A DNA stretch of 37,587 bases from a bacterium (GCA_963663405.2 CAXXSM010000121.1:1-37587), one strand, 5' to 3'. Shown: positions 9,253-20,062, counted from the stretch's first letter. Notes: generated by a model from the letters alone, not told the origin. Translations and numbers: made by a program.

Positions 9253-10404
9253 TCACTTGTCTATCCGCACGAGAACGAATCGTGGCCAATATAAAGAACC
9301 TGCGCCTTGGCGCGTAAACAGGTCGCCGAACTCAAAGCTATTCGTTGCGTATGTGACGACGAGATCGTTGGGGGTTGGGCCAGTCAATTCCGGGTGCGCT
9401 TTCGCCGCGTATACGAATGGCTTCGGTCCATTCGATTCAGGGGGACGGTAGATGGTGACAGGTTGGCTCCACGGTCCAGTGAGCGCAGGCGCAGTCCGGA
9501 TTCCAATCGTTGATGCGCCGAAGCCGTAACTTGCGATATGGATAAATGATCCCGCTCGTTCATCCCAGTGCAATGAACACTCACTCCCCGCATCGTCCAG
9601 AATATATTCAGGACCATCAGCGTTGATTGAGGATTCCGGAACCCAGCCTTTCACATCTCCCGCCCACCACTCGGCATGACTGGTATTCCCATGCGCTAGC
9701 TGAATCGCCGGGTAGCGCACGAGCGCGCCAGCATGTATTCCTTTCTGCCGGATTGCGACGCCAACGATGTACGTTCCGTCTTGGACGACAGCTGAAGCGG
9801 GTACAGCGTCAAAGGAACTCGGAGAAAGATCGGTGATGCGTGGCTTCCACATTTCCGGTGAAGCGTCTGGATTGTTGATTACGGCAAGGGCGTTGCCCGC
9901 GTGCGCAAAACCGAGACCTTGGCCTGACGTCGCTGCGAGTTTGTAAAGAAAGAGGATCAGCGGCCCTTCAGAAAGCCGGATACCATGACCGGGCCAATAC
10001 CAGCGTTCCCCGCGTTCCGGAAAGAACGACGCCGGTGAACCATCACTATCATCCCGCCAGTGAAATGATATCGAAGCGGTGGACGGATCGTTCCCTGTCT
10101 GGATCGCAATCGTATTTCTCACCATTTCAGATTCTTTACGCGAGTGTGAGTTGGATAGAGCGATAAATGTATCGCCGAAGAGCCAGAGTGTGCGATTTTT
10201 ATCAAGTGGAATCGAAAGCGCGGCGTCCGATCCGAGCCAGCGCGGATCTTGGTGAAAAAGTGTTTCGGCTTCTAGGAAGGCGCGTCCTGAAAAATGACGC
10301 GTTGTTTTGTGTGACGATGCGCAGGCAATAGATGACGCGAATACAAAAATCAACGTGAATCGTGTCAACAAATACCACTGATTGAGTGTATTTTGTTGTC
10401 TCAC
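9253..10404 (-). CDS. Secreted DUF4185/DUF5005-like beta-propeller protein, possibly a lipoprotein or glycosidase
   Basis: Signal peptide with possible lipobox SIAC; WLGSD..S, LWLFGDTF, MVRNTIAI, GPWSQP, YAAKAHPEL, YWPRF. Confidence 0.65.
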   Translation of the reverse strand: MRQQNTLNQWYLLTRFTLIFVFASSIACASSHKTTRHFSGRAFLEAETLFHQDPRWLGSDAALSIPLDKNRTLWLFGDTFIALSNSHSRKESEMVRNTIAIQTGNDPSTASISFHWRDDSDGSPASFFPERGERWYWPGHGIRLSEGPLILFLYKLAATSGQGLGFAHAGNALAVINNPDASPEMWKPRITDLSPSSFDAVPASAVVQDGTYIVGVAIRQKGIHAGALVRYPAIQLAHGNTSHAEWWAGDVKGWVPESSINADGPEYILDDAGSECSLHWDERAGSFIHIASYGFGASTIGIRTAPALTGPWSQPVTIYRPPESNGPKPFVYAAKAHPELTGPTPNDLVVTYATNSFEFGDLFTRQGAGSLYWPRFVLVRIDK

Positions 10405-10827
10405 CTGCTGACTCCTTTTTTTCCTTTATTTTGATTCGTTTGGCCATCGAAAACTTCTTAAAATGGTTTAAGGTAATATGCTTACATCGCGTTATCCTAA
10501 GGTTTGTAATTCTCGTAGATTAGTGTCTCATATGGTAAGTTTCGTCTTATTAGGTTTTTTTCTGCTGCATCTTACTTGAGTGTTTATCGGTTGTCAAACT
10601 TTCAATTCGGCAATCTCATGTTCAATCACTGTACGAGATAAGTAATTTTTCAAAATGTGAAATGGAGTCCTGTATTGTACAGAATACTGGGGCTGCTTTT
10701 CCTTTTAAGTATACTCAACGATAATAGACTTTTCATGAAGAAGCGCTTTTCATAGCTGTCCGCCGCATCGAGTACCGCGCGTATAATTGTTTGATAGAGC
10801 TTTTGGATAAGAAAGGAATTATTAAAA

Positions 10828-13353
10828 ATGATTGGAAGACGATTGAATTATGGTATTGTGTTATTTGTGTTGGGAATTGTATCGCTTTTAAATATCTTCG
10901 CTTCGGAAGAGCCGTTCGAGATTACGCCGGATGAAGCTCTTACGATTGGCGTAGCGGACCGTTTCGGTCGAACAGCGCTTCATACAGACGTGATCGAAGC
11001 CCAGATCGTAGAAGGAACGTGGAAAGCGCCGCATTCTGGAGACACCGCCGTCATGGCTGACGGTTCGGAAAGACAATGGGAGACGCTCAAGCCAAATGAC
11101 GAAGGCGATTTTTTTATGCAGGGGAGGCGTGGAGGCTATCTGTATTTCAACGTTGATTCCACTCAAAAGCGTATCATGGTTCTTAAAGCGAAGGGCCACA
11201 GTTTCGTCTACGTGAACGGCGAACTCCGCATGGGGGATATCTATAATAATGGACGCGTTGAATTGCCAATTCTCTTAAAAAAAGGGGCGAACGATTTTCT
11301 GTTCCGCAGCGGCCGTGGAGGACTGCAGTGGAAACTCGTTGAACCAAAAGGCCCCGTCAGTTTTAATGACCTGGATTGGACGCTGCCCGATGTAATTACA
11401 GGCGAAACGATCGATACATGGGGCGCGGTGATGATCTCGAACGCCAGCGAGAAACCTCTCAAAGAGCATTGGATTCGCGTTCAATTAAATGGATTCAATA
11501 ATACCGAAACAAAGGCGCCCTATATCATCCCACTAAGCGTTCGAAAAGTTGGCTTTCAAATCCAGGGAACAGCGCCACAAGAGCCTGGTGAAATAGAAGG
11601 AACTCTTGAGTTGATCGCCAAAAAAGATTGTGGTGAAGAGATCCTCGGCCACATTGATTTTCAACTTAAAGTTGTGGAACCAGGCGCTAACTACCGGCGG
11701 ACATTTAATAGCTGCATTGATGGCAGTGTTCAGTATTACGCTGTGAATCCAATGATCCCGCTTGAAGGTTCCAATCATCAACCAGCGTTGTTCTTTTCAT
11801 TACATGGAGCGGGTGTTGAAGCGATCAATCAAGCGAACGCGTATTCCCATAAAACATGGGGAACTTTAGTCGCTCCGACCAACCGCAGGCCCTATGGATT
11901 TGATTGGGAAGATTGGGGACGCATGGACGCGCTGGAAGTGTTAAAAATTGCAAAAGAGCAATTCAATATCGATCCCGATCGCGTATATTTGACCGGCCAT
12001 TCTATGGGCGGTCATGGCGCATGGTCTCTTGGAGCCATCTTCCCAGACCAATGGGCTGCGATTGGCCCATGCGCGGGATGGATCAGTTTCTCATCCTATG
12101 GAGGTGGAAGACGTTCGGAGCGTGAGAATGAACCGGAAAGTGGAATCGCGGAAATCATGCGCCGCGCTTCTATCGTCTACGATACTATGTCAGTGTCGCG
12201 CAACTACGCCGATTCCGGTATTTATATCCATCATGGCGCGGCGGACAGGACCGTCCCCGTCTCGCAAGCCCAACGCATGGCCGAACATCTGTCAGTGTTC
12301 CATCATGATTTTCGTTTGCATGAACAGCCTGGGGCAGGGCATTGGTGGGATGAAGATGATGAACCCGGCGCCGCGTGTGTCGATTGGGCGCCGATGTTCG
12401 ATTTCTTTTCCCGGCGTGTCATTCCTGCGAAAGACATGGTGCGCGATGTGACATTTGTGACAGTGAATCCAGGTGTTTCCGCCTGGTCACATTGGATTGG
12501 CGTCATTTCTCAGATTGAGCCATTGAAGCCCAGTGAAGTCAATCTGCGGTGGGATACTTGGAAACGCCGTTTTTCAGGAACGACAAGTAATGTGAAATGT
12601 CTTGCGTTCTCTGTTGATCATATGACGCCGGATGGCGCGATTGAATTTGTGTTAGATGGAACGAAAAGTGTACAGGTTCTGTATCCAACGTCAGAGAAGA
12701 TTGTGTATTTACTTCATTTAGATGATGAATGGCGTCCGGCAGGGAAACCGTCTTTATTGATGAAAGGGCCGCGCCGTTATGGCCCCTTCAAAGAAGCGTT
12801 CCAACATCGCATGCAGTTTGTATACGGTACGCAGGGAACAGAAGAAGAGAACGCATGGGCGTTCGCCAAAGCGCGCTACGACGCGGAGCAATTCTGGTAT
12901 CGTGGGAATGGCTCAATCGATGTGATTCCAGATATAGAATTCGATCCGGACCGTGATAAAGACCGGGCGGTTATTGTATACGGCAACGCGGATACGAACA
13001 CAGCATGGAAGCATTTACTGACAACGAGCCCTGTACAAATCGAACGCGGCAAAATCCTGCTAGGCGCCAAAGTCTTGGAAGGAGGCGATCTTTGTGGATT
13101 GTTCCTGCAGCCACGGCCGGGAAGTGATACCGCTTGCGTAGCCGTGATTGGAGGTACCGGAGCCAAAGGAATGCGCCTTTCCGATCGTTTGCTCGTGATC
13201 CGTTCAGGAACCGGATTTCCGGATTGCTTAATCCTAGGTCCGGAAATGCTGATGACGAATGAGGAAGTAACGCCTGGATTAAGCGGTGTACGCGCCGCTG
13301 GTTTCTTTGGCGATGATTGGAGTGTGGCAAATGGCGTGTTTGAATTTCATTAA
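10828..13353 (+). CDS. Secreted alpha/beta-hydrolase (S9 peptidase/esterase-like) with large N- and C-terminal accessory domains
   Basis: Signal peptide; SLHGAG, nucleophile elbow GHSMGG, HHGAADRTVP, GAGHWW (Ser-Asp-His triad). Confidence 0.85.
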   Translation: MIGRRLNYGIVLFVLGIVSLLNIFASEEPFEITPDEALTIGVADRFGRTALHTDVIEAQIVEGTWKAPHSGDTAVMADGSERQWETLKPNDEGDFFMQGRRGGYLYFNVDSTQKRIMVLKAKGHSFVYVNGELRMGDIYNNGRVELPILLKKGANDFLFRSGRGGLQWKLVEPKGPVSFNDLDWTLPDVITGETIDTWGAVMISNASEKPLKEHWIRVQLNGFNNTETKAPYIIPLSVRKVGFQIQGTAPQEPGEIEGTLELIAKKDCGEEILGHIDFQLKVVEPGANYRRTFNSCIDGSVQYYAVNPMIPLEGSNHQPALFFSLHGAGVEAINQANAYSHKTWGTLVAPTNRRPYGFDWEDWGRMDALEVLKIAKEQFNIDPDRVYLTGHSMGGHGAWSLGAIFPDQWAAIGPCAGWISFSSYGGGRRSERENEPESGIAEIMRRASIVYDTMSVSRNYADSGIYIHHGAADRTVPVSQAQRMAEHLSVFHHDFRLHEQPGAGHWWDEDDEPGAACVDWAPMFDFFSRRVIPAKDMVRDVTFVTVNPGVSAWSHWIGVISQIEPLKPSEVNLRWDTWKRRFSGTTSNVKCLAFSVDHMTPDGAIEFVLDGTKSVQVLYPTSEKIVYLLHLDDEWRPAGKPSLLMKGPRRYGPFKEAFQHRMQFVYGTQGTEEENAWAFAKARYDAEQFWYRGNGSIDVIPDIEFDPDRDKDRAVIVYGNADTNTAWKHLLTTSPVQIERGKILLGAKVLEGGDLCGLFLQPRPGSDTACVAVIGGTGAKGMRLSDRLLVIRSGTGFPDCLILGPEMLMTNEEVTPGLSGVRAAGFFGDDWSVANGVFEFH

Positions 13354-13655
13354 AAAGAAAACTCAAATATGCGTTTAACTCGATTTCACGATTTCTAGAT
13401 CTTCAATTCGATCGCCAATTTATTTTCCTTTTCTAACCTATCTTTAGTTCTATCGTATCAATCTCCAAAAAAAGAACGCGTATCATTAATGGAAAAGTAG
13501 TCAAGCTATCTTTCATCGAAACTTTGATCATGGTAAAATCGATCGCTGTTATGATAGATCAGTGGCTTTTAATTATTCTGGTTAAAGCCATCCGGAAAAT
13601 CCATTCCAGCGCCATTTCAATTCTGATTTGAAAATCAGCGTAAGGAGAATAAGCG

Positions 13656-14243
13656 ATGATGAGAACAAGATTTGGATCTGGATTTACTCTCATTGAATTA
13701 TTGATTGTTGTCGCCATTATTGGGATTTTAGCCGCGATCGCTGTTCCCAATTTCTTGAACGCGCAAACAAAAGCTAAAGTCAGTAAAGCCTTTTCGGATA
13801 TGAAAGCCCTTGGCACGGCGATTGAAATGTACAATATCGATTATAACTCGTATCCAGGAGGCCCCGAATTTTGGGAGGGAAGCCATCCCTGGTGGCAAAA
13901 ACATACTTATCGATACCATCAATTAACCACTCCGGTGTCATACATGTCCTCAATTCCCATTGATCCATTCCAAACCAATACGCCACAAAATTTGAATTCA
14001 GAATTAGGGACGATTTGGGATGGGGGATATGTCTATGATGAAGCGCGGCGGCCTGGTGGAGGATATGAAACCATGCTGATGTACGGGGATGGTTATAAAT
14101 ACGCGGCGCGCAGCCCAGGACCGGCGCTGAATTGGGCCAGTAATCTATCTCATGGAGGAAAAATAATCGGTTACGCCCCCTCCAACGGCTTAATCAGCGA
14201 TGGAATTATCGCCGTTTTGGGGCCAGGAGGCACGATTTATTAA
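13656..14243 (+). CDS. Prepilin-type N-terminal cleavage/methylation protein (GspG-like pseudopilin), copy 1
   Basis: AGGAG RBS; class III signal G|FTLIELLIVVAIIGILAAIAVPNF; LTTPVSY..P.DPF; S.GP; SNGL. Confidence 0.9.
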   Translation: MMRTRFGSGFTLIELLIVVAIIGILAAIAVPNFLNAQTKAKVSKAFSDMKALGTAIEMYNIDYNSYPGGPEFWEGSHPWWQKHTYRYHQLTTPVSYMSSIPIDPFQTNTPQNLNSELGTIWDGGYVYDEARRPGGGYETMLMYGDGYKYAARSPGPALNWASNLSHGGKIIGYAPSNGLISDGIIAVLGPGGTIY

Positions 14244-14308
14244 CGCAGCTGTTTGACTTTCCTTACAAATTATGTCTAAACAATGTGACCTATATAAGGA
14301 GGATTCTC

Positions 14309-15814
14309 ATGGATCGACGCAGTTTTCTTCAAACCAGCATCAGCGCCATAGCCGTGAGTAACGCCACATCCGGAATTTCATCCATCCAACAACAAAACCT
14401 TGCGCCCCAGACGCGGCTTAACATTAAACCGGTAATGACGAACATAATCCATACAGGCGTATGGGAAGGGCCATGCCGGTTTACGACGCAAACTCCCAGT
14501 GAGGAAACGGCCATAACACAAAAGGAATTTGAAAAGTGGTCCGCTGAGATTAAAGCAGAGGGATTCGGACTTAATGCAGAGAGTGTAAATCTCCTGGAAC
14601 CGGCGCACATTACCTTTTCCGAAAATTTTAAACTGAAACGAGACCAATTGAATAAACTCAGAAAAGACATCTCAGACACAGATGTGTTTTTTGTATCCCC
14701 CCGTGGATCGTCTATCTCCTGCTATGAAATAGGAAAAGAATTTGACAAGCCCATCATCCTGCGTGGACTCAACTGCCGGACTGTGGACATTTGCGCCTAT
14801 TCCCGCAGCAAAGGAGTGAATGTCTTTGTCCCTAATGACGATCAAGAACTTCGCGCGCTGATCTCCTTATTCCAAGCGCGGAAAGTCTTTGCTGATACTC
14901 GTGTTCTCTACCCAACCGATTGGGGCCTGCCCGCTGTCGCCTCCGTCGCGGGGATCAATGAGCCGGATGAGTTGGAAAATCGATTCGGGATCAAAGTGGT
15001 TCGGATTTCCTATGATGAACTCGCCGAAGAGATGGATCGTATGCTGGCGAGTGAGTCCGAGATGGACACTGCCCGCCGATTGGCTATACAGTTGATCAAT
15101 GGCGCGGATAAGGCCTATCTGGAGGACAAGTACGTGGCGCGGAGTATGCTTTTCTACAATACAATCGGGAACCTGATGCGGAAGCATCGCTGCAACGCGT
15201 TCACGATCGAATGCTTTGAGTTTTGCACCAGTAAACTCCCTGACAAGTGGCAAATCACACCATGTGTGATCCACACGTTGTTCAAAGATCAAAATATCGC
15301 CTCTGCATGTGAAGCCGATCTAGGGGCTCTTCTTTCGATGCGCCTGCTCATGTCAATCTCCAAAAAATCGACGCATCTGGGCAATATGTTCCTGCGTGAA
15401 CCGAACATGCTTGTTATCAACCACAGCGCTCCCGGCATTAAGATGAACGGCTTCAATGAATCCGGCCTGCCTTATCAGCTCGGACGCTTTGTCGAATCGG
15501 GATGGGGAACTAAAGTAGTAGTCGATTTCATGAACAATACCGGAAAGCGGGTCACTGTAGCCCGGATGAATCCCACCGCCACGAAACTGCTGTTGCTAAG
15601 GGGAGAACTAATCGGCTCCAACGGCTGGGGAAAAGATAATCTAGGCTGCTCCGTAGAAGCGCATATCAAACCAGTCGATAGCGGTGATTCAGCGGTTTTT
15701 GTCCGTAAACAGAAAGACTACGGAAACCATCTAATATGGACCTATGGGGACTATGCGGATGAGATGGTACAACTCTGCGATTTGCTTGGAATAGAGACGG
15801 ATGTGATAAGCTGA
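14309..15814 (+). CDS. Tat-exported L-fucose/L-arabinose isomerase-like protein
   Basis: AGGAGG RBS; MDRRSFLQ twin-arginine motif; AFTIECF, PCVIH, ACEADL, VTVARM and C-terminal GNHLIWTYGDY typical of the FucI/AraA-like fold. Confidence 0.72.
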   Translation: MDRRSFLQTSISAIAVSNATSGISSIQQQNLAPQTRLNIKPVMTNIIHTGVWEGPCRFTTQTPSEETAITQKEFEKWSAEIKAEGFGLNAESVNLLEPAHITFSENFKLKRDQLNKLRKDISDTDVFFVSPRGSSISCYEIGKEFDKPIILRGLNCRTVDICAYSRSKGVNVFVPNDDQELRALISLFQARKVFADTRVLYPTDWGLPAVASVAGINEPDELENRFGIKVVRISYDELAEEMDRMLASESEMDTARRLAIQLINGADKAYLEDKYVARSMLFYNTIGNLMRKHRCNAFTIECFEFCTSKLPDKWQITPCVIHTLFKDQNIASACEADLGALLSMRLLMSISKKSTHLGNMFLREPNMLVINHSAPGIKMNGFNESGLPYQLGRFVESGWGTKVVVDFMNNTGKRVTVARMNPTATKLLLLRGELIGSNGWGKDNLGCSVEAHIKPVDSGDSAVFVRKQKDYGNHLIWTYGDYADEMVQLCDLLGIETDVIS

Positions 15815-16180
15815 TAATAAAAAAATGATTCATCCAGTAAGTGAGAATGCACCGACAAAAGTTCCGTAATTTCCTATAATATGAGAGGGCAGCAAGGGCA
15901 AGTACTGGCGCTTACGCCGGAGCCTTTACTTTCATCTTCCCTTGTGTAATTCAACACCATATTCGAACGGGTGAGTTGATCGATATTCATCGAACTTCTT
16001 AATAAGTTTCTGTTGCGGAAAGCCATTTTTGACATCCTGGATCGCTCGAACATGCATTTCATAGGTCGAATACTTAGTAACTTACATAAATAACAATATA
16101 TATAATTTTACTGTTATGCCAAGGAGAAATTGCATTTTTTTGCACCGATTCATAGTTGTTATAACCTGATGATTCGATGT

Positions 16181-18163
16181 TTAATCTTTCGTGATAATGT
16201 CCTTCCAAAGTTGATATATCTTCTGTTCCCGCGCATCGCTGGATTCAGCGTAGGAATCCATGACTTTCGCAAAGCCATTATACACTTTAAGCGCGGTATC
16301 CAGATAGCTCTGGTCCGCCGCTTTTTGGGAAGGTTCCGGTAATGGGGGTAGATCCAATGTATTACGTTCGGCGATTGCTCTAAAGCATTTGATCCCTAAC
16401 CGGCAATGCGCCGCTTCATAGCTGTTTTGGAATCCATTTTCCTGCAGGGCTTTATACATAGCATACAGTTTTTCCGTTTCCGCGCCCATTTGTCCATTAT
16501 GTTTAAGAGCTTCATGTGGGATAGGTTGATCAATAATAGATGGGGCAGTGTTCGGAATACGCTCTAGTTCAATATGGATCTGGGCGCGGGATGGTATTCG
16601 TTCGTAAGGTAAAGTGATGGAGTGAGCGTTAAAGAGAGGCCAGGATTCACCATTGACCGTTACGCGCCGCACATTACCTGTTCCACTGGTTGAAAGATAG
16701 AGTTGCTTCTCTCCAAATCGGACAGGGAATTTCTGTTGCAACCATTGGATGGTATCTGGAATATGGGGGATGAGAGTCAATCCATCCGCTGCATAAATAT
16801 ATTCGAATAATCCGCGAATGAGCGCCGCCGGCGGGCCGAAAGAGTCGTAACATAAATTGACCGGTTCTTTGGGTTGGTATACTCTGGCTCCAAATTCGAC
16901 CAACGGATTATCCATGCGAAACCGGCGGGCGAATGTCAGCAGTTGTTTCATGGACCGGCGGTTGTCTTCATACTGTCCCAACCGGCTGTAACCAAGCATC
17001 ATGCGGGCTTCGCATGTGGACCAATGTCCCCCATTGACCCAAGTTCCAAAACTCCACAACCAATTGCCCCTGGGATCAATGTACATATCATCCAAGCCGG
17101 GATAATTGGCGATGATAAAATCATGGGGCCGCAATCCAGGAATCGCTGCGATTTTCTGGTAGATTTTCCCGGCTTGTTCGTCACTGACTACACGGAACGC
17201 GATCGCGTCATGGTTTGGAGACGCTTCGAAATAGCCGTGTTTCTTTGCGCCATATACGCCGTGACGGGTTCCATCTGGGTCGATGGATTTAACAAAATAG
17301 CCTTCATCTGTTAGAAGGGCAGGGAGCCCTTTTTTCGCTGACTCGCGGCGCTTTGAATAAAGTTCAACTTTTTCTGCACGGCCCAGCATGGTTTCCAATT
17401 CAATTAATCGATCCAACGCGGCGATAGTCGTGATAGAAAGACCCGCTAGGTACGCTTGCTCGAACGTTCCATCGTCCTTCTTATATCCAGCGTAGCTGGG
17501 AGCGAGCAGATTCCCGGCGGGACCGGCGAGAAAGAGATTGTTCTTTGGATCTCTTCGACTTTCAAGAAAATTGGCGCACCGTTCTAGTTTAGGAATGTAC
17601 TGTGCAATCACGTCTATATCCCGGTTGATGAGAAGCAATTCCGCCTGCATCAACAATCCAGCCGCAGTAAACTCCATTCCCCAGTCATGTATATCAACGC
17701 GGCCGTCTCCTTGTTTAGCGATAAAATCAGTAGGACGCGCAGCGTCGCAGAGACATCCATCCGGCGGAATCCATTGGAAATGTTTATGCGGCTGGACGGT
17801 TTTCCCATCTCCCATTTGATTAAACCAAAGATCCTGGGAATTTTGTAAAAATGTAAGGAACGGTTCATCCAGATACGGGAGAACGCAGTACGTTGTTCCA
17901 TAACTATTTTGAATCCACCAAGCGTCCCATGTTGGTCCTTCCACAAGCCCGTTCCAAGAGGGCGTATAAAGCATGGACAGGTTTTGATATTCCGGATCTG
18001 GTTCAAACATCCGCCGGGCGATATCCAGCAATTCAAGATATTCCACATCCCCCGCGCCGGAATAGAATTGGCCGGAAAAGGTTTCCGCTTGCATGTTTCC
18101 AGGCAGAATGAATAGAAGAGATATCAGCGAGAAAAGGATGTAAGATAATTTACACAATTTCAT
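16181..18163 (-). CDS. Secreted six-hairpin (alpha/alpha)6 glycosidase-like protein
   Basis: Signal peptide ending MQA; helical core; NGGHWSTCEARM and PAALIRGLF..GLTLIPHIP followed by a beta-sandwich tail, as in GH65/GH78/GH94-type architectures. Confidence 0.6.
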   Translation of the reverse strand: MKLCKLSYILFSLISLLFILPGNMQAETFSGQFYSGAGDVEYLELLDIARRMFEPDPEYQNLSMLYTPSWNGLVEGPTWDAWWIQNSYGTTYCVLPYLDEPFLTFLQNSQDLWFNQMGDGKTVQPHKHFQWIPPDGCLCDAARPTDFIAKQGDGRVDIHDWGMEFTAAGLLMQAELLLINRDIDVIAQYIPKLERCANFLESRRDPKNNLFLAGPAGNLLAPSYAGYKKDDGTFEQAYLAGLSITTIAALDRLIELETMLGRAEKVELYSKRRESAKKGLPALLTDEGYFVKSIDPDGTRHGVYGAKKHGYFEASPNHDAIAFRVVSDEQAGKIYQKIAAIPGLRPHDFIIANYPGLDDMYIDPRGNWLWSFGTWVNGGHWSTCEARMMLGYSRLGQYEDNRRSMKQLLTFARRFRMDNPLVEFGARVYQPKEPVNLCYDSFGPPAALIRGLFEYIYAADGLTLIPHIPDTIQWLQQKFPVRFGEKQLYLSTSGTGNVRRVTVNGESWPLFNAHSITLPYERIPSRAQIHIELERIPNTAPSIIDQPIPHEALKHNGQMGAETEKLYAMYKALQENGFQNSYEAAHCRLGIKCFRAIAERNTLDLPPLPEPSQKAADQSYLDTALKVYNGFAKVMDSYAESSDAREQKIYQLWKDIITKD

Positions 18164-18221
18164 AAAAAAAACCTTTCAAAAAAAGGAAAATATGATATCT
18201 ATAGGTTACTAATATTCTTTA

Positions 18222-18356
18222 TTTTTATCTGGAACTGTATCGCCAGGATGCAAGGATTTTCAGGATTGAAATCTGAATGACCGAACGGCGTTATCGATGA
18301 ATATAAATAATCCTGGTCATCCTTTCATCCTTGAAATCCAGATTCAGACAAAAAAA
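18222..18356. repeat. Palindromic MITE/REP-like element, copy 1
   Basis: Left arm with GGAT units at about 9-bp spacing; right arm ATCCTGGTCATCCTTTCATCCTTGAAATCCAGATTCAGACAAAAAAA; left terminus degenerate. Confidence 0.7.
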
Positions 18357-18620
18357 TTTTCTGACGCTCCAGTTTCCGAAACAATCAGTATGCAAACAGC
18401 TGACCAAAGGTATCTCATACGATTTTGATTCCTAGATCAAGATGAACGGTTCGTGATGGGTATAGAATTATTCGATCGCGTATGACTCTGAATCGACTTT
18501 TTTTGCTTCCCAAAATGAGATAAAGAATCTACTATCCAACAGACGTGATTTATAGACTTAATCGTAAAGTTGAATAGAAGGAGTAATTCTGTGCAACGGG
18601 AATCAAAGAATCATACAAAC

Positions 18621-20033
18621 ATGAAACTTGAAGAAAACATCAGCTGGATTCAACCCGTCTTATTCGCTGCGCTCGCGGGAGGGATGGCTTGGGGGATCCG
18701 GGGTCAATACGGGCATGAGACCGGCGCGATGATCGCCGGATTGCTGGTCAGTCTGACGTTAGTGCTTCTACTGTGTCCAAAAATATCTCTGACCGATACT
18801 GTGCGCGCCACTGCCTGGTGCACGGTGGCGATGGGATTCGGTGGATCGATGACCTATGGCCAAACGGTGGGTTTAACACACGATCCATCGCTGGTAGGCA
18901 ATTGGGAAGCGCTGCGCTGGGGGATGCTGGGTTTATCCATCAAGGGTGGATTATGGATCGGTTTCGCCGGTCTGTTTCTGGGAATGGGATTGGGAGGGAA
19001 GCGGTATCGCTATCAAGAACTCTTCTTTCTTATGCTTGCGGCGATCGGCGCCTACTATCTCGGAATTTATTTATTAAACTCACCCACTGACAAAGATCTA
19101 CCCGCCATGTATTTCTCCGCCCATTGGTATTGGAATCTCGGTGCTGGGGTCAAACCCCGTTTCGAGTGTTGGGGTGGACTCCTCTTTGCGCTGATTGTTT
19201 TCATCACATACACCGCGGTATGGCGCAGGGATCCACTCGCTCCCCGGCTTGCTTTTTGGGGCGTTCTGGGTGGGGCGATCGGTTTTCCACTGGGACAAAG
19301 TTTGCAAGCGTATCACGCGTGGAATGTCGAATGGTTTCGAGATAACTATTTCTGGTCCCAACTCGATCCATATATGAATTGGTGGAACATGATGGAAACA
19401 ACATTCGGCGCCACGATGGGCGGCATGTTGGGATTCGGCCTTTGGTTGAGCCGGAAACGAATCCGGCCTGTCGATGATACCGGCGCCGATTCGATGCCGT
19501 ATCCACTGGAATGGACCCTCTTGGCCATCCACATCCCATTATTGATTGCCGTTGAATTTTTGGATGTGAGAATCATTGATCTGTTCTACGATCCCGGCCT
19601 GATTCTAGGATTAATCCCCATCATTGCTATTGCGGGAGGACGCTGGTGGCCGTATCTGATTGTGTTCCCAGTCACGCTAATCCCCATTGCGGGGAAAACG
19701 GTACGGCAACTTGTTTATCAAGAAGCGGTGATCGATCCAGCGCGGGGCTGGTTTGTGTACTTAATTATCCCATTACTATTAGCCATCGGCATGGCGGACT
19801 GGTTCAAACAACAAAGCCATTCAAATCCAACTGGACATGATTTCGCCCAAAAAGCGTTGTTATTCAATACGTGGCTGTATTTTCTCATTAATTACGCCTT
19901 CTTCCATTTCCCCTGGCCCTGGACCGAATGGACCAGCCGTACGCCGAATGGAATCATATTCACGTTCTGCGCTCTTGGATTAACTATAGCCGCTTTGTTT
20001 TGTGGACGGGGAAAATCACGGGCATTTGATTAA
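18621..20033 (+). CDS. Polytopic membrane protein of unknown function
   Basis: About 470 aa with many Gly/Trp-rich hydrophobic segments; motifs WGIRGQYGHETGAM, GGSMTYGQT, NWWNMME. Confidence 0.8.
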   Translation: MKLEENISWIQPVLFAALAGGMAWGIRGQYGHETGAMIAGLLVSLTLVLLLCPKISLTDTVRATAWCTVAMGFGGSMTYGQTVGLTHDPSLVGNWEALRWGMLGLSIKGGLWIGFAGLFLGMGLGGKRYRYQELFFLMLAAIGAYYLGIYLLNSPTDKDLPAMYFSAHWYWNLGAGVKPRFECWGGLLFALIVFITYTAVWRRDPLAPRLAFWGVLGGAIGFPLGQSLQAYHAWNVEWFRDNYFWSQLDPYMNWWNMMETTFGATMGGMLGFGLWLSRKRIRPVDDTGADSMPYPLEWTLLAIHIPLLIAVEFLDVRIIDLFYDPGLILGLIPIIAIAGGRWWPYLIVFPVTLIPIAGKTVRQLVYQEAVIDPARGWFVYLIIPLLLAIGMADWFKQQSHSNPTGHDFAQKALLFNTWLYFLINYAFFHFPWPWTEWTSRTPNGIIFTFCALGLTIAALFCGRGKSRAFD

Positions 20034-20062
20034 TTGATATTTTGCAAATTAATTCATTGAGA

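Noticed and set aside
15874-16062. Short ORFs between the isomerase and glycosidase genes
   Set aside because: No RBS or recognisable motif; at most a small gene remnant
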